A DNA stretch of 64,000 nt. Origin: Bdellovibrionales bacterium. Its GTDB lineage: Bacteria > Bdellovibrionota > Bdellovibrionia > Bdellovibrionales > JAMPXM01. A model generated the notes under the pieces. That model was not told the DNA's origin. It saw only the letters and a list, made by a program, of their open reading frames with translations, and made no database searches. Numbering within the stretch: position 1 is the stretch's first letter; every line of letters starts with the position of its first letter. The position numbers and the translations under genes are program-made. Shown here piece after piece: positions 28,584 to 37,173 of this stretch. The DNA lies in the NCBI GenBank assembly GCA_043739185.1, contig JAYUEN010000386.1, positions 32,001 to 96,000 on the forward strand, read 5' to 3'.

Positions 28584-29339
28584 TTGGGAGCATTAGATCG
28601 CTATCAAAAGCCGGGCGGTTTTGGCCAGCTTCTGCAATTAATCGAAACCTGCGGATCAGTGAAACAAGAAAAATTTCTTACCATGGTTCGGGAGGCAGAT
28701 CCACGATGGAGCGAGGCCATTCAAAAGAAAATGCTCACCATGGAAAAGATCTTGTCTTGGTCAGATGAAGTAGTTTCTGAGATCGCGGGTAGCCTGCAAG
28801 AGCTCACAATTGCGATTGCACTACATGGTCTCAACGCGGAGGCAAGAGTAAGATTTTATCGTAGTTTTAGTTTTTCACAGCGCCGCAAAATTGACGATTT
28901 ATTTGAAGTCAATCAACCATCAGCTGCCGATATTGGTGCCGCCTATATAAAAATTTTTACTGAAGTCCGTCGCCTAATGCATGAAGGAACCTTGCGCGTA
29001 GACCGAGTGGACCCAGAGGTATTCGTACCAGATGGTATCGAAGAAGCTCTTCGTAAAGGCGGGGAGATGAATATTTTGAGATCGGTACCCTTGCCCGTAC
29101 CCTCACAAAACTCAAATCCTACGCCAGCACAAGAGCGGCAAGCTTTGCCGAAACCCGAAGTTCAAAAACAAAATGTTCACAACGCGACTTCAACAAATGC
29201 GAGTATTAGTAACGATGCAGATGACAATCGCATTCTTCGTAAAAAAATATTGGCCATGACGGAAGAGATCAATTCGCTCAAGCAAGATGTGCAGAATCTA
29301 AAAGCGAAGATTGAACATATTAAAAAAATTGCGGCCTAA
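28584..29339 (+). CDS. FliG C-terminal-domain-like protein with C-terminal coiled coil
   Basis: Probable TTG start after AAGGAG. Helical FliG-C-like region (LTMEKILSW...IAIALHGL...FSFSQRRKI...EVRRL) and a terminal coiled coil. Family call is by recognition, not alignment. Confidence 0.6.
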   Translation: MGALDRYQKPGGFGQLLQLIETCGSVKQEKFLTMVREADPRWSEAIQKKMLTMEKILSWSDEVVSEIAGSLQELTIAIALHGLNAEARVRFYRSFSFSQRRKIDDLFEVNQPSAADIGAAYIKIFTEVRRLMHEGTLRVDRVDPEVFVPDGIEEALRKGGEMNILRSVPLPVPSQNSNPTPAQERQALPKPEVQKQNVHNATSTNASISNDADDNRILRKKILAMTEEINSLKQDVQNLKAKIEHIKKIAA

Positions 29340-29341
29340 GC

Positions 29342-29902
29342 TCAATCCTCGATCTCCTCATGCAGAGCTTGAGGGGACCAGAACTGCTTATACTCTTCTA
29401 TAAAACTGAGTTTGGTTAAATCTTTTATGCGATCAATATACAAGGTACCATAGAGATGATCGAATTCATGCTGCAGAACCGTAGCCAAGAAATTTTCGGC
29501 TTCCAGACTTTGCGGCTCGGCTCTTTCATCTAGGTATTCAACTGAAATGCCTTTTGGCCTGGCGACGGGGCCTCGCAAATCGGGAACAGACAAGCAGCCC
29601 TCCCAAAAAGTTTGCTCTTTAGGATTGGTCACTTTTATGACTGGGTTAACAAAAATCTTTAGGCCTTGATTTCCCATCTCGGGATAGCGCTCATTTTTAT
29701 TATTAAATTCGATTACCGAAACCTGCACGAGCTCACCAATTTGAGGTGCTGCAATTCCGACTCCACTCGTCGCTCGCATTGAGTCTGTCATATCAACTAT
29801 CAATTGAGAAAACCAATCCGACAGTATTTCTTCCTTACTCAACTCGCGAGAGCGCTGCCGCAAAAGTGGATTGCCCATTCTCAATATTTGACGAACTGCC
29901 AC
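29342..29902 (-). CDS. def: Peptide deformylase
   Basis: GVGIAAPQIG, EGCLS and QHEFDHL motifs. Probable GTG start 29902 with an AGGAG SD. Confidence 0.95.
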   Translation of the reverse strand: MAVRQILRMGNPLLRQRSRELSKEEILSDWFSQLIVDMTDSMRATSGVGIAAPQIGELVQVSVIEFNNKNERYPEMGNQGLKIFVNPVIKVTNPKEQTFWEGCLSVPDLRGPVARPKGISVEYLDERAEPQSLEAENFLATVLQHEFDHLYGTLYIDRIKDLTKLSFIEEYKQFWSPQALHEEIED

Positions 29903-29947
29903 AGTGTCTCCTTGTAAGATCATGATTAAGTTTGTTAGGCTCAGCGT

Positions 29948-31186
29948 ATGACCGAAGGACATCATAACATTATCAAGAGTGTTTTTTCAAAAAAAATGCT
30001 GATCATAGGACTGATGGGGTTCTTTTCGGGAGTTCCTCTCCTTCTGGTGGGTTCTACTCTCAAGGCTTGGTTGACCGAATCAAATGTCGATTTAAAGGTC
30101 GTTGGCTTTTTTTCGTTGGTGGGCATTCCCTATAGTGTTAAATTTTTATGGTCACCATTTATGGATCATTTTAAAGTCTTTTCCTTTGGAAGACGGCGAA
30201 GTTGGTTGATGCTCAGTCAGCTTTGTTTGGCGGCGAGCTTATTCGTTATTTCATTTATCCATCCCGGCGAAGCCATTTTTACAGTTGGACTTTTGGCTAT
30301 ATTGATTGCGTTTTTCAGCGCAAGCCAAGACATCGTAGTAGATGCATACCGAAGAGAGGTCTTGATTAATGAAGAACAAGGATTGGGTTCGAGCGTATAC
30401 GTTAACTTTTATCGCCTCGCGATGTTGTTTAGCGGTGGCTTTGCACTTTATTTAGCCGATCATTTTCCCTGGGGACAAGTCTATCAGATGATGGCTCTTT
30501 GTATGCTTCTTGGAGTTCTCTTAACTTGGTTTTCGCCAGAACCCAAACTGCAGATAAACTCAAAAAACATTTGGGGAGCCTATGTTGAACCGCTCAAAGA
30601 GTTTTTCTCTCGAAAATATGCTTGGCTGATTTTGGCCTTTATTGTTTTTTACAAAGTCGGCGAATCTATGGCTTCAGATATGACGACGCCATTTTTTTTA
30701 AAACACGGATTCACGAAAACAGAAATTGCAAGCGTGGTCAAATTTTTTGGTTTTTGGGCAACTCTCGCGGGTGCTTTTTTGGGTGGCGTCTTGTTGATAA
30801 GAATTCGTGCCGGCCGGGCCCTTTTGCTGTTTGGCATTCTTCAAAGTCTAGCGCTTTTTGGTTTTAGTTTTATTGCTCTTCAAGAACCAAATATTCGCTT
30901 GTTAGCAGTGGTGGTGACAGCAGAAAATTTCACTTCGGGAATGGCGACCACTGCGCTTCTGGCATTCATGGCCAATCAATGTGATACGCGCTTTTCAGCG
31001 ACCCAATACTCACTCCTCAGCAGCTTGCTAAGTGTCCCACGTGTTTTAGCTGGCAGTCTCACTGGCATTCTTGCAGTGCAATTGGGTTGGCAATATTTTT
31101 TCATTTTTTGTGCACTTGTAACGGTGCCTGGCCTTCTCTTGATTTTTGGTTTGGGTAAAATCAATCAAGAGTATAAGATTCGTTAA
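29948..31186 (+). CDS. ampG: AmpG-family muropeptide MFS transporter
   Basis: GFFSGVPLLL, KFLWSP, GRRRSW, SASQDIVVDAYRRE and ATQYSLLSSL motifs. Confidence 0.92.
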   Translation: MTEGHHNIIKSVFSKKMLIIGLMGFFSGVPLLLVGSTLKAWLTESNVDLKVVGFFSLVGIPYSVKFLWSPFMDHFKVFSFGRRRSWLMLSQLCLAASLFVISFIHPGEAIFTVGLLAILIAFFSASQDIVVDAYRREVLINEEQGLGSSVYVNFYRLAMLFSGGFALYLADHFPWGQVYQMMALCMLLGVLLTWFSPEPKLQINSKNIWGAYVEPLKEFFSRKYAWLILAFIVFYKVGESMASDMTTPFFLKHGFTKTEIASVVKFFGFWATLAGAFLGGVLLIRIRAGRALLLFGILQSLALFGFSFIALQEPNIRLLAVVVTAENFTSGMATTALLAFMANQCDTRFSATQYSLLSSLLSVPRVLAGSLTGILAVQLGWQYFFIFCALVTVPGLLLIFGLGKINQEYKIR

Positions 31187-31188
31187 TA

Positions 31189-31914
31189 TTAATGTTCCTC
31201 TAAAAACGCAGTCACCAAGCGCGTGAATTCCGTAGGATTGTCCCATGGTGCTCGATGTGAAGCTTGTTTCACTTTATGAAAACGATGACTAGCGGCCACC
31301 TGAGGAAAGCCACAAAGTAAATCGCAGTATTTCTCATCTTCTTCACCTGCGAGCCACAGCACAGGAATCTTCAGGTTCATCATCTTAACTGCCAAATCGT
31401 CTTGCTTAGCGATCGACCAGTTTAAAAGAGCTTCTGCTAAAGCCTTTCGGTCAAAATCTTTTTCTTCGCGCTTCAAAACAATTGCATCTTGGGCTGAATT
31501 TTTCACTTTGAAAATATCTTGATCTCCCCATTCAGAGATGATTTTTTTCCAATCACTTTTTAAAAACTTTTGTGCCCACTTAAAATCGATCTCCTTGCGA
31601 GCAGCTCGCTCGACAACGTTTGCAGTTCCGGGATTGGCAGAGACCAAAATGGCGGCACTCCAAAAATGAGGTTGGGCCAGCAAAAGATGCATGGCTAGTC
31701 TTCCGCCCAATGAATAGCCGAGTAGAACTCGAGGTTCCTTTGAGTTTTGAAATTGCTCTTCAAGCGCTTTTGATTTTTGTAGGGCCCACGCTTTCAACGT
31801 AAGATTTTCATTTTTTGGCCAAAGATCTGGAGCTTCAAGATTCGGAAAACTTTTCTTTAAAAAGTCCCAGTCCGAGCCCAACCCTAAAAAGCCATGCAGA
31901 GCATAAATAGTCAT
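31189..31914 (-). CDS. menH: SHCHC synthase MenH (alpha/beta hydrolase)
   Basis: LHGFLG, GYSLGGR, GEEDEKY and a C-terminal His. Coupled to menD. Confidence 0.85.
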   Translation of the reverse strand: MTIYALHGFLGLGSDWDFLKKSFPNLEAPDLWPKNENLTLKAWALQKSKALEEQFQNSKEPRVLLGYSLGGRLAMHLLLAQPHFWSAAILVSANPGTANVVERAARKEIDFKWAQKFLKSDWKKIISEWGDQDIFKVKNSAQDAIVLKREEKDFDRKALAEALLNWSIAKQDDLAVKMMNLKIPVLWLAGEEDEKYCDLLCGFPQVAASHRFHKVKQASHRAPWDNPTEFTRLVTAFLEEH

Positions 31915-33518
31915 TTTTTTACAAACTCACTTAACTCATTCCAAAAATTTTGCGTCTCTTCTGCGTCCGGAACTACTTCTAAAACCTGAGTGTTCGGCTG
32001 CAATACTTCAAAAGTTTTGCCTTTCCAAAGCTGATAGTCAAGGCGCCACATTTTCGCCCAATGTGAAAAATCTAAATCGTGAGAGTTTTCAAAGAGCGGG
32101 TCATTGTAAATGCGATGAAAAATTTGGCCGCCGCCATTGTTCAAAATTACAATTTTTTGATTTTTATTTGAAACACTTTTTAATGCCCAGGGTGCGGCTA
32201 AATCATAGAGTGCGGTCAAATCGCCAAGTAAACACCAAGAGCGCCCCGCAGAGGTCGCCGTCATTCCCAAATAGCTCGAAAGTTGGCCATCAATCCCATT
32301 GGCGCCACGATTGGCAAAAATTTGTTTTGGCCTTTCGTAAGTTGCTGCCAAATCCCACTCTCGAATTGGCAAACTATTTCCGATATAAAATAGTTCATCG
32401 GCTTCGACAAGTTCAGAAATTTTTCTTACCAGTGCCGGTTCTGAACGCGGATATTTTTGCAAAAGTGATTCGTTAAACTCAGATTGTTCTTTATCTAGTA
32501 AGGCAATTTGTTTTTGCCAAATCATTTGTTTGGGCGTGTTTGTCCAATTCACGCTCTCGCAAAAACTGGCAAGGTCGCTATGTAAAAAAATTGAGTCACT
32601 TAGACCGCTAAAAGCTAAAGGGCTCACACTGAGCACCTTGGTTTTTTCGCCCGCCAATTCTAAATCTCGCCACAGCCTGGTTGTCGGAATCGATCCTAGT
32701 CGTAGCACCAAATCGAAATTAAATTTTTTAAAAAGCTGACAGGTAAATTGTTCTCCGCCGTGAATAAGAAATTGCTTTAAAGTAGGCGACTCCCTCAATC
32801 CTGAACCGCCTTCTGCATATGTCGGCCATTGCAAAGCCAAACAGATTTTGCGGGCGGCTTCTATTTCTTTTTCTCCATCGAGACTTCCTAAAATGATAAG
32901 GGGTCTTTCACATTTCGAACCTGCCGCACTCATTTTTTGCTGAACCTCTTGATTATCTGCTTTATTCAACTTAGTTGGCCGAAATTTCGTGGCCTGAGGT
33001 AGGGTCCATTTCCCAAGCTCGGCATCAATTATTGGCTCATCGATACAGAGATTGATGTGGAGTGGGGCCCGCTGTGACCATGCAGCCAAAGTGAAGGCTC
33101 TATTTTCGAGATCAAAACTTTGCTCCACAAAACTCGACATAAACTTGCTTTGATCAATGCATTGAGGGGCCCCAGTGAATCTGAGGCGACTTGGTCGATC
33201 TGCGGTGATGAAAACCAGGGGCGCGCCAGAATAGTAAGCCTCAATACAAGCAGGCAAAAGTTCGGCAGCGGCGGTTCCCGAAGTGGTTACAACGGCCACA
33301 GGTTTTTGCAGGGCCCGGCACCGCCCCAAAGCAAAAAACGCCGCTGACCTCTCCTCAAAAAATGAGTAAATTCGGGTGTTTTCGAGCTCTCCTAGGCAGC
33401 GAATGAAGGGCGCATTACGAGAGCCCGCGCAGTATACAATTTCACTCAAGCCAAAGTGTGCTAGCTCTTTTAAGATCAGCTGACAAGCCTCAATGTTGTT
33501 ATGTTTTTTTAGACTCAA
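31911..33518 (-). CDS. menD: SEPHCHC synthase MenD
   Basis: GSRNAP, EERSAAFFALG, TTSGTAAA, TADRP, NRGANGIDG, GDL and NNGGGQIF motifs. Confidence 0.95.
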   Translation of the reverse strand: MSLKKHNNIEACQLILKELAHFGLSEIVYCAGSRNAPFIRCLGELENTRIYSFFEERSAAFFALGRCRALQKPVAVVTTSGTAAAELLPACIEAYYSGAPLVFITADRPSRLRFTGAPQCIDQSKFMSSFVEQSFDLENRAFTLAAWSQRAPLHINLCIDEPIIDAELGKWTLPQATKFRPTKLNKADNQEVQQKMSAAGSKCERPLIILGSLDGEKEIEAARKICLALQWPTYAEGGSGLRESPTLKQFLIHGGEQFTCQLFKKFNFDLVLRLGSIPTTRLWRDLELAGEKTKVLSVSPLAFSGLSDSIFLHSDLASFCESVNWTNTPKQMIWQKQIALLDKEQSEFNESLLQKYPRSEPALVRKISELVEADELFYIGNSLPIREWDLAATYERPKQIFANRGANGIDGQLSSYLGMTATSAGRSWCLLGDLTALYDLAAPWALKSVSNKNQKIVILNNGGGQIFHRIYNDPLFENSHDLDFSHWAKMWRLDYQLWKGKTFEVLQPNTQVLEVVPDAEETQNFWNELSEFVKK

Positions 33519-33699
33519 TGTGACCCCTTAAAGGCTTAAAACCACCACTTGAAAAAGCTCTGACTTTATAGTTTATTCACCTCTAAAATGCGGGCCCTTT
33601 CGAGAGACCTCATTATGGTATTGATCAGCTTGTCATACAATGATTTAGTGATTTCAACATGAAGGAATTCGGGCTCAATGTGCCCGTAAAAAATTTTTT

Positions 33700-34572
33700 A
33701 TGAGTCCAAATCAGATCGTGAAAATTAAAAATTCAACTCCACTTGAATTTGGCGGACGCAATATTCCGGTGATTGCGGGGCCGTGCGCGCTTGAGTCTCA
33801 AGAACAAATGTTGATGACAGCAAGTGGAGTAAAAAATTGCGGCGCAAGTATTTTGCGCGGAGGCATCTACAAGATGCGCACCAATCCAAATTCTTTTCAA
33901 GGTCTTGGCGACAAAGCTTTTGGATTTATCAATCAAGTTAAGGCCGCAGTTCAAATGCCACTTATATCAGAAGTGGTCGATCCAAGACAGATTTCAGAAA
34001 TGCTTGGTTCAGTCGATATTTTTCAAATTGGCTCTCGCAATATGTATAATTATGCGCTGTTAAAAGAAATTGCGAAGACCGATAAACCAGTTGTGCTGAA
34101 GCGTGGGTTCTCGGCAACTATTGAAGAGTGGCTTAATGCGGCCGACTATATTCTTCAAGGCGGAAACCAAAATGTTATTTTGTGTGAGCGTGGCATCCGC
34201 AGCTTCGACACCACCACGCGCAATACTCTAGATCTCAATGCTGTGGCCTATATCAAGGCGCACACCAAATTTCCGATTCTAGTCGATCCTTCTCACGGAA
34301 CAGGTCGACCAGAGCTCATTGCTCCCATGGCGGCTGCGGCAATTGCTGCCGGTGCCGACGGGCTCATGATTGAAGTTCATATTGAACCAAAAAAATCTTT
34401 TAGTGATGCCTTTCAAGCACTGAGCATCGAACAATTCGCTGAGGTTATGAAGCTCTGCCGTTCAGTAGCCGCGGCTTGTGGTCGTGAGATTTTGCCTGAA
34501 GGATATAGTAAGCGGTCAGTAACTTATGATTCGGTGGTTAATCCAACTGACTCAGCGAATTTGGTAATGTGA
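33700..34572 (+). CDS. aroF: DAHP synthase, type I-beta
   Basis: IAGPCALES, LRGGIYKMRT, QIGSRNM, LKRG, LCERGIR, VDPSHGTG and IEVH motifs. Confidence 0.92.
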   Translation: MSPNQIVKIKNSTPLEFGGRNIPVIAGPCALESQEQMLMTASGVKNCGASILRGGIYKMRTNPNSFQGLGDKAFGFINQVKAAVQMPLISEVVDPRQISEMLGSVDIFQIGSRNMYNYALLKEIAKTDKPVVLKRGFSATIEEWLNAADYILQGGNQNVILCERGIRSFDTTTRNTLDLNAVAYIKAHTKFPILVDPSHGTGRPELIAPMAAAAIAAGADGLMIEVHIEPKKSFSDAFQALSIEQFAEVMKLCRSVAAACGREILPEGYSKRSVTYDSVVNPTDSANLVM

Positions 34573-35291
34573 TCGTGCAAAATTTTGTCGGCCCAGAATC
34601 AGTCAAAATCAAAAATATGTTTAGCAGCGTGGCTGCAAATTACGATCGGGCCAATAATATTCTCTCCGTAGGAATTCATCATCTCTGGCGTAAAAGTTTA
34701 GTTCAGTGGAGTGCCGCTCGTAACGGAACTCAAATTCTAGATTGCGCCTCCGGAACTGGCGACCTGGCCATCGAATTCAAAAAAGTGGTGGGCCATGAAG
34801 GCTCAGTTACCGGCACAGATTTTTGTGCAGATATGCTGACCACCGCTCCACAAAAGGCTCGCGCGCAAGGCCTTGAAATTAAATTTGAAACTGCAGATGT
34901 GACAGCTCTTCCCTATGCGGACGCCAGTTTTGATGTGGTCAGTATTTCTTTTGGAATTCGCAATGTTCAAGATCCGTTACGTGCACTGCGAGAAATGGCC
35001 CGTGTTTGCAAACCCGGCGGCCGCGTGATGATTCTCGAATTTGGTCAACCAACAATTCCGGTAGTTCGCGAATTTTATAAATTTTATTCTGAAAGAGCTT
35101 TGCCTTACCTAGGCGGGTTTATCACCGGCAATACATCTGCATATAAATATCTACAGTCCTCCTCAGCACATTTTCCCTGCGGAAAAGAATTTGCCGATTT
35201 AGTCAAAAGCAGCGGTGCATATGATGGCTGCGAATTCCGCAAATTAAGCCTAGGTATCGCCTGGATGTATCGCCTGAATGTACCTGCTTAG
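34569..35291 (+). CDS. menG: Demethylmenaquinone methyltransferase UbiE/MenG
   Basis: YDRANNILSVGIHHLWR, LDCASGTGDLA, SFGIRNV and KPGG motifs. Its stop codon lies inside repeat copy 1. Confidence 0.93.
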   Translation: MIVQNFVGPESVKIKNMFSSVAANYDRANNILSVGIHHLWRKSLVQWSAARNGTQILDCASGTGDLAIEFKKVVGHEGSVTGTDFCADMLTTAPQKARAQGLEIKFETADVTALPYADASFDVVSISFGIRNVQDPLRALREMARVCKPGGRVMILEFGQPTIPVVREFYKFYSERALPYLGGFITGNTSAYKYLQSSSAHFPCGKEFADLVKSSGAYDGCEFRKLSLGIAWMYRLNVPA

Positions 35292-35347
35292 TTTTGGAGG
35301 CGCGGCGTATTGAACGCCGTGCGCCTCCAAAACTAAGCAGGTACATT
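35277..35347. repeat. Long palindrome (REP-doublet/REPIN-like hairpin): repeat copies 1 and 2
   Basis: 27-bp perfect arms at 35277-35303 and 35321-35347. The 17-nt spacer adds an inner GGCGT/ACGCC stem. Confidence 0.95.
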
Positions 35348-35414
35348 TCGGATCCCAACCCCGTTTAATTTGATCCTGTCTTTGGCATGAAATTGCAATG
35401 TTGCATCGATTGCG

Positions 35415-36053
35415 ATGTTAAAAGAAAAATCAAATGCATTCGAATTTCCTCCGATCCACATAAGTGCTCGTTGTATAAACAAGCAGTGGTTTGACTTACC
35501 CCTCGAGCAAGTTTGGAGAATTTTTGAAAACTATCTTTTCTTTGTCCATCATGCTTTTGAAATTGAGATCATTTCATTTGTACTAATGTCCAACCATTTT
35601 CACCTATTGGTTCGGGTGCCTCAGGGCAATCTTAGTCAGGCGATGAACTATTTTATGCGAGAGACAAGTCGACAGATCGGCAGGGACGCGGGGAGGATCA
35701 ATCAAACTTACGGCGGTCGATACTTCAGATGTTATATTCATTCAAATAATTATTTCTTGAGCGCTTACAAATATGTTTACCGCAATCCGGTCGAATCCGG
35801 CGCCGCGAAAAAAGTTGAAGACTACAAATTTTCAAGTTTATACGCAATTTTGGGCGGACAACACTCGATGATTCCAATTGCTCAGGATCAATTACTTTTT
35901 TCGGATATTGCCGGGACTTTGCATTGGCTCAATGCTGGACGAGAAAGCTCAAACTATTTAGCAATGAAGAGCGCGCTTAAAAAGAAAAAAATGGAGTTTG
36001 GAAACGACCGAAAAACGCGAAAGCCCCATATTTTAACTACTGATCTATATTGA
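35415..36053 (+). CDS. REP-associated tyrosine transposase (RAYT, Y1 HUH family)
   Basis: HISARC N-terminal motif, FVLMSNHFHLL (HUH), YVYRNPV (catalytic Tyr-x3-NPV) and YKFSS. Confidence 0.92.
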   Translation: MLKEKSNAFEFPPIHISARCINKQWFDLPLEQVWRIFENYLFFVHHAFEIEIISFVLMSNHFHLLVRVPQGNLSQAMNYFMRETSRQIGRDAGRINQTYGGRYFRCYIHSNNYFLSAYKYVYRNPVESGAAKKVEDYKFSSLYAILGGQHSMIPIAQDQLLFSDIAGTLHWLNAGRESSNYLAMKSALKKKKMEFGNDRKTRKPHILTTDLY

Positions 36054-36756
36054 ATTGGAGCGGCGCGCCTCCAAAACTAAGCAGGTACATTCTGGCTTTG
36101 GAGAAGACTCGGCTACCGAAAAATCCGCGGTAAGCGGAGAGCGGACTGGGGTGAACGCTCTCTAAAACCAAATGCTTTTTGCGGTCGATTTTTGCGCCTT
36201 TTTTTTGCGCGTAGGCGCCCCACAAAATGAATACAAGATGCTCGCGCTCTTCACTTAAAACTTCGATTACTTTGTCGGTGAATAACTCCCAGCCTCGGTT
36301 TTGGTGTGAACCTGCACGGCCTGATTCAACTGTCATCACACTGTTTAAAAGTAAGATCCCCTGCTGTGCCCATGGGAGGAGATTTCCGTGAGTCGGGCGT
36401 TTGATACCAAGATCGCTTTCAAGTTCTTTGAAAATATTTAAGAGCGAGGGTGGAGGGGGTACACCTCTTGGAACTGAAAAACTGAGACCGTGGGCTTGGC
36501 CGGGCCCATGATATGGATCTTGTCCTAATATTACCACGCGAACTTTCTCAAATGGAGTTTCGCGAAAAGCAGCAAATATATCGCTAGGTTTTGGATAGAT
36601 GATTTTTTTTGCTGCCCGTTCTTTTTGCAAAAAAGCACGCAGAGATAGCATATATTCTTTAGAGAATTCTGGGAGAAGACGGGCCTTCCAACTTTCCTCT
36701 AATTTTATCTCACTATAGTCGAATTTTTCAGCAAAGTTTTGCGATTGCATTTTCAT
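36037..36756 (-). CDS. ung: Uracil-DNA glycosylase (family 1)
   Basis: GQDPYHG, AHGLSFSV, PPSLLNI, GILLLN and HPSPLSA motifs. Confidence 0.97.
   Translation of the reverse strand: MKMQSQNFAEKFDYSEIKLEESWKARLLPEFSKEYMLSLRAFLQKERAAKKIIYPKPSDIFAAFRETPFEKVRVVILGQDPYHGPGQAHGLSFSVPRGVPPPPSLLNIFKELESDLGIKRPTHGNLLPWAQQGILLLNSVMTVESGRAGSHQNRGWELFTDKVIEVLSEEREHLVFILWGAYAQKKGAKIDRKKHLVLESVHPSPLSAYRGFFGSRVFSKARMYLLSFGGAPLQFNIDQ
36064..36092. repeat. Repeat copy 3 (direct to copy 2, inverted to copy 1)
   Basis: CGCGCCTCCAAAACTAAGCAGGTACATTC, lying within the 3' end of ung. Confidence 0.95.
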
Positions 36757-36852
36757 CTTTTAGTGTGAAAACTCAAACTTGACAAGTCACTTTGCGAACT
36801 CAGATTAGATATGAGGATGGCTTAGCGAATTTAAAAGCCGTAAGGAGGAAGT

Positions 36853-37173
36853 ATGAACTATGTAAGTCCAGATAAGGAACTCCAGGCTTATATTTACCAA
36901 CAGATTTCAGAGCTTGAGCCGTTTTTATTACCCAATACGCAAGTGAACGTTCTGGTTCAAAATGAAAAGAAAGCGAAGAGCGTTAAGCTCTCGGTATCTG
37001 TTCCGGCGGGAACACTTGAGGCCGAAGCGGCAGATAAAAATATATACAAAGCTATTCGAGATGCCAAACAGGTTTTGTTATTTCAGATTGATGAAATAAA
37101 TAACGAGACGGATTCTGTTGAGCGTGATCTAAAAGTTAGAACTTATATGAACGGAAGCCACCAGCTACATTGA
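36853..37173 (+). CDS. Small protein, possibly HPF/RaiA-like fold
   Basis: Strong SD (AAGGAGG). LEAEAADKNIYKAIRDA resembles the HPF final strand-helix. Confidence 0.55.
   Translation: MNYVSPDKELQAYIYQQISELEPFLLPNTQVNVLVQNEKKAKSVKLSVSVPAGTLEAEAADKNIYKAIRDAKQVLLFQIDEINNETDSVERDLKVRTYMNGSHQLH

Larger units (their letters stand above)
35276..36092. mobile_element. RAYT/IS200-like HUH transposase element bounded by 29-bp perfect inverted repeats
   Basis: 35276-35304 GAATGTACCTGCTTAGTTTTGGAGGCGCG is the exact reverse complement of 36064-36092 and encloses the Y1 transposase gene. No target-site duplication seen. Confidence 0.8.

Noticed and set aside
35277..35347. Hairpin read as an ordinary intrinsic terminator or a CRISPR repeat
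   Set aside because: Arms are 27 bp and recur beyond the transposase. There is no spacer array and no cas gene. An incidental terminator role is not excluded.
35383..35397. sigma54-like TGGCATGAAATTGCA upstream of the RAYT gene
   Set aside because: Spacing is GG-N9-GC, one base short of the strict GG-N10-GC requirement.
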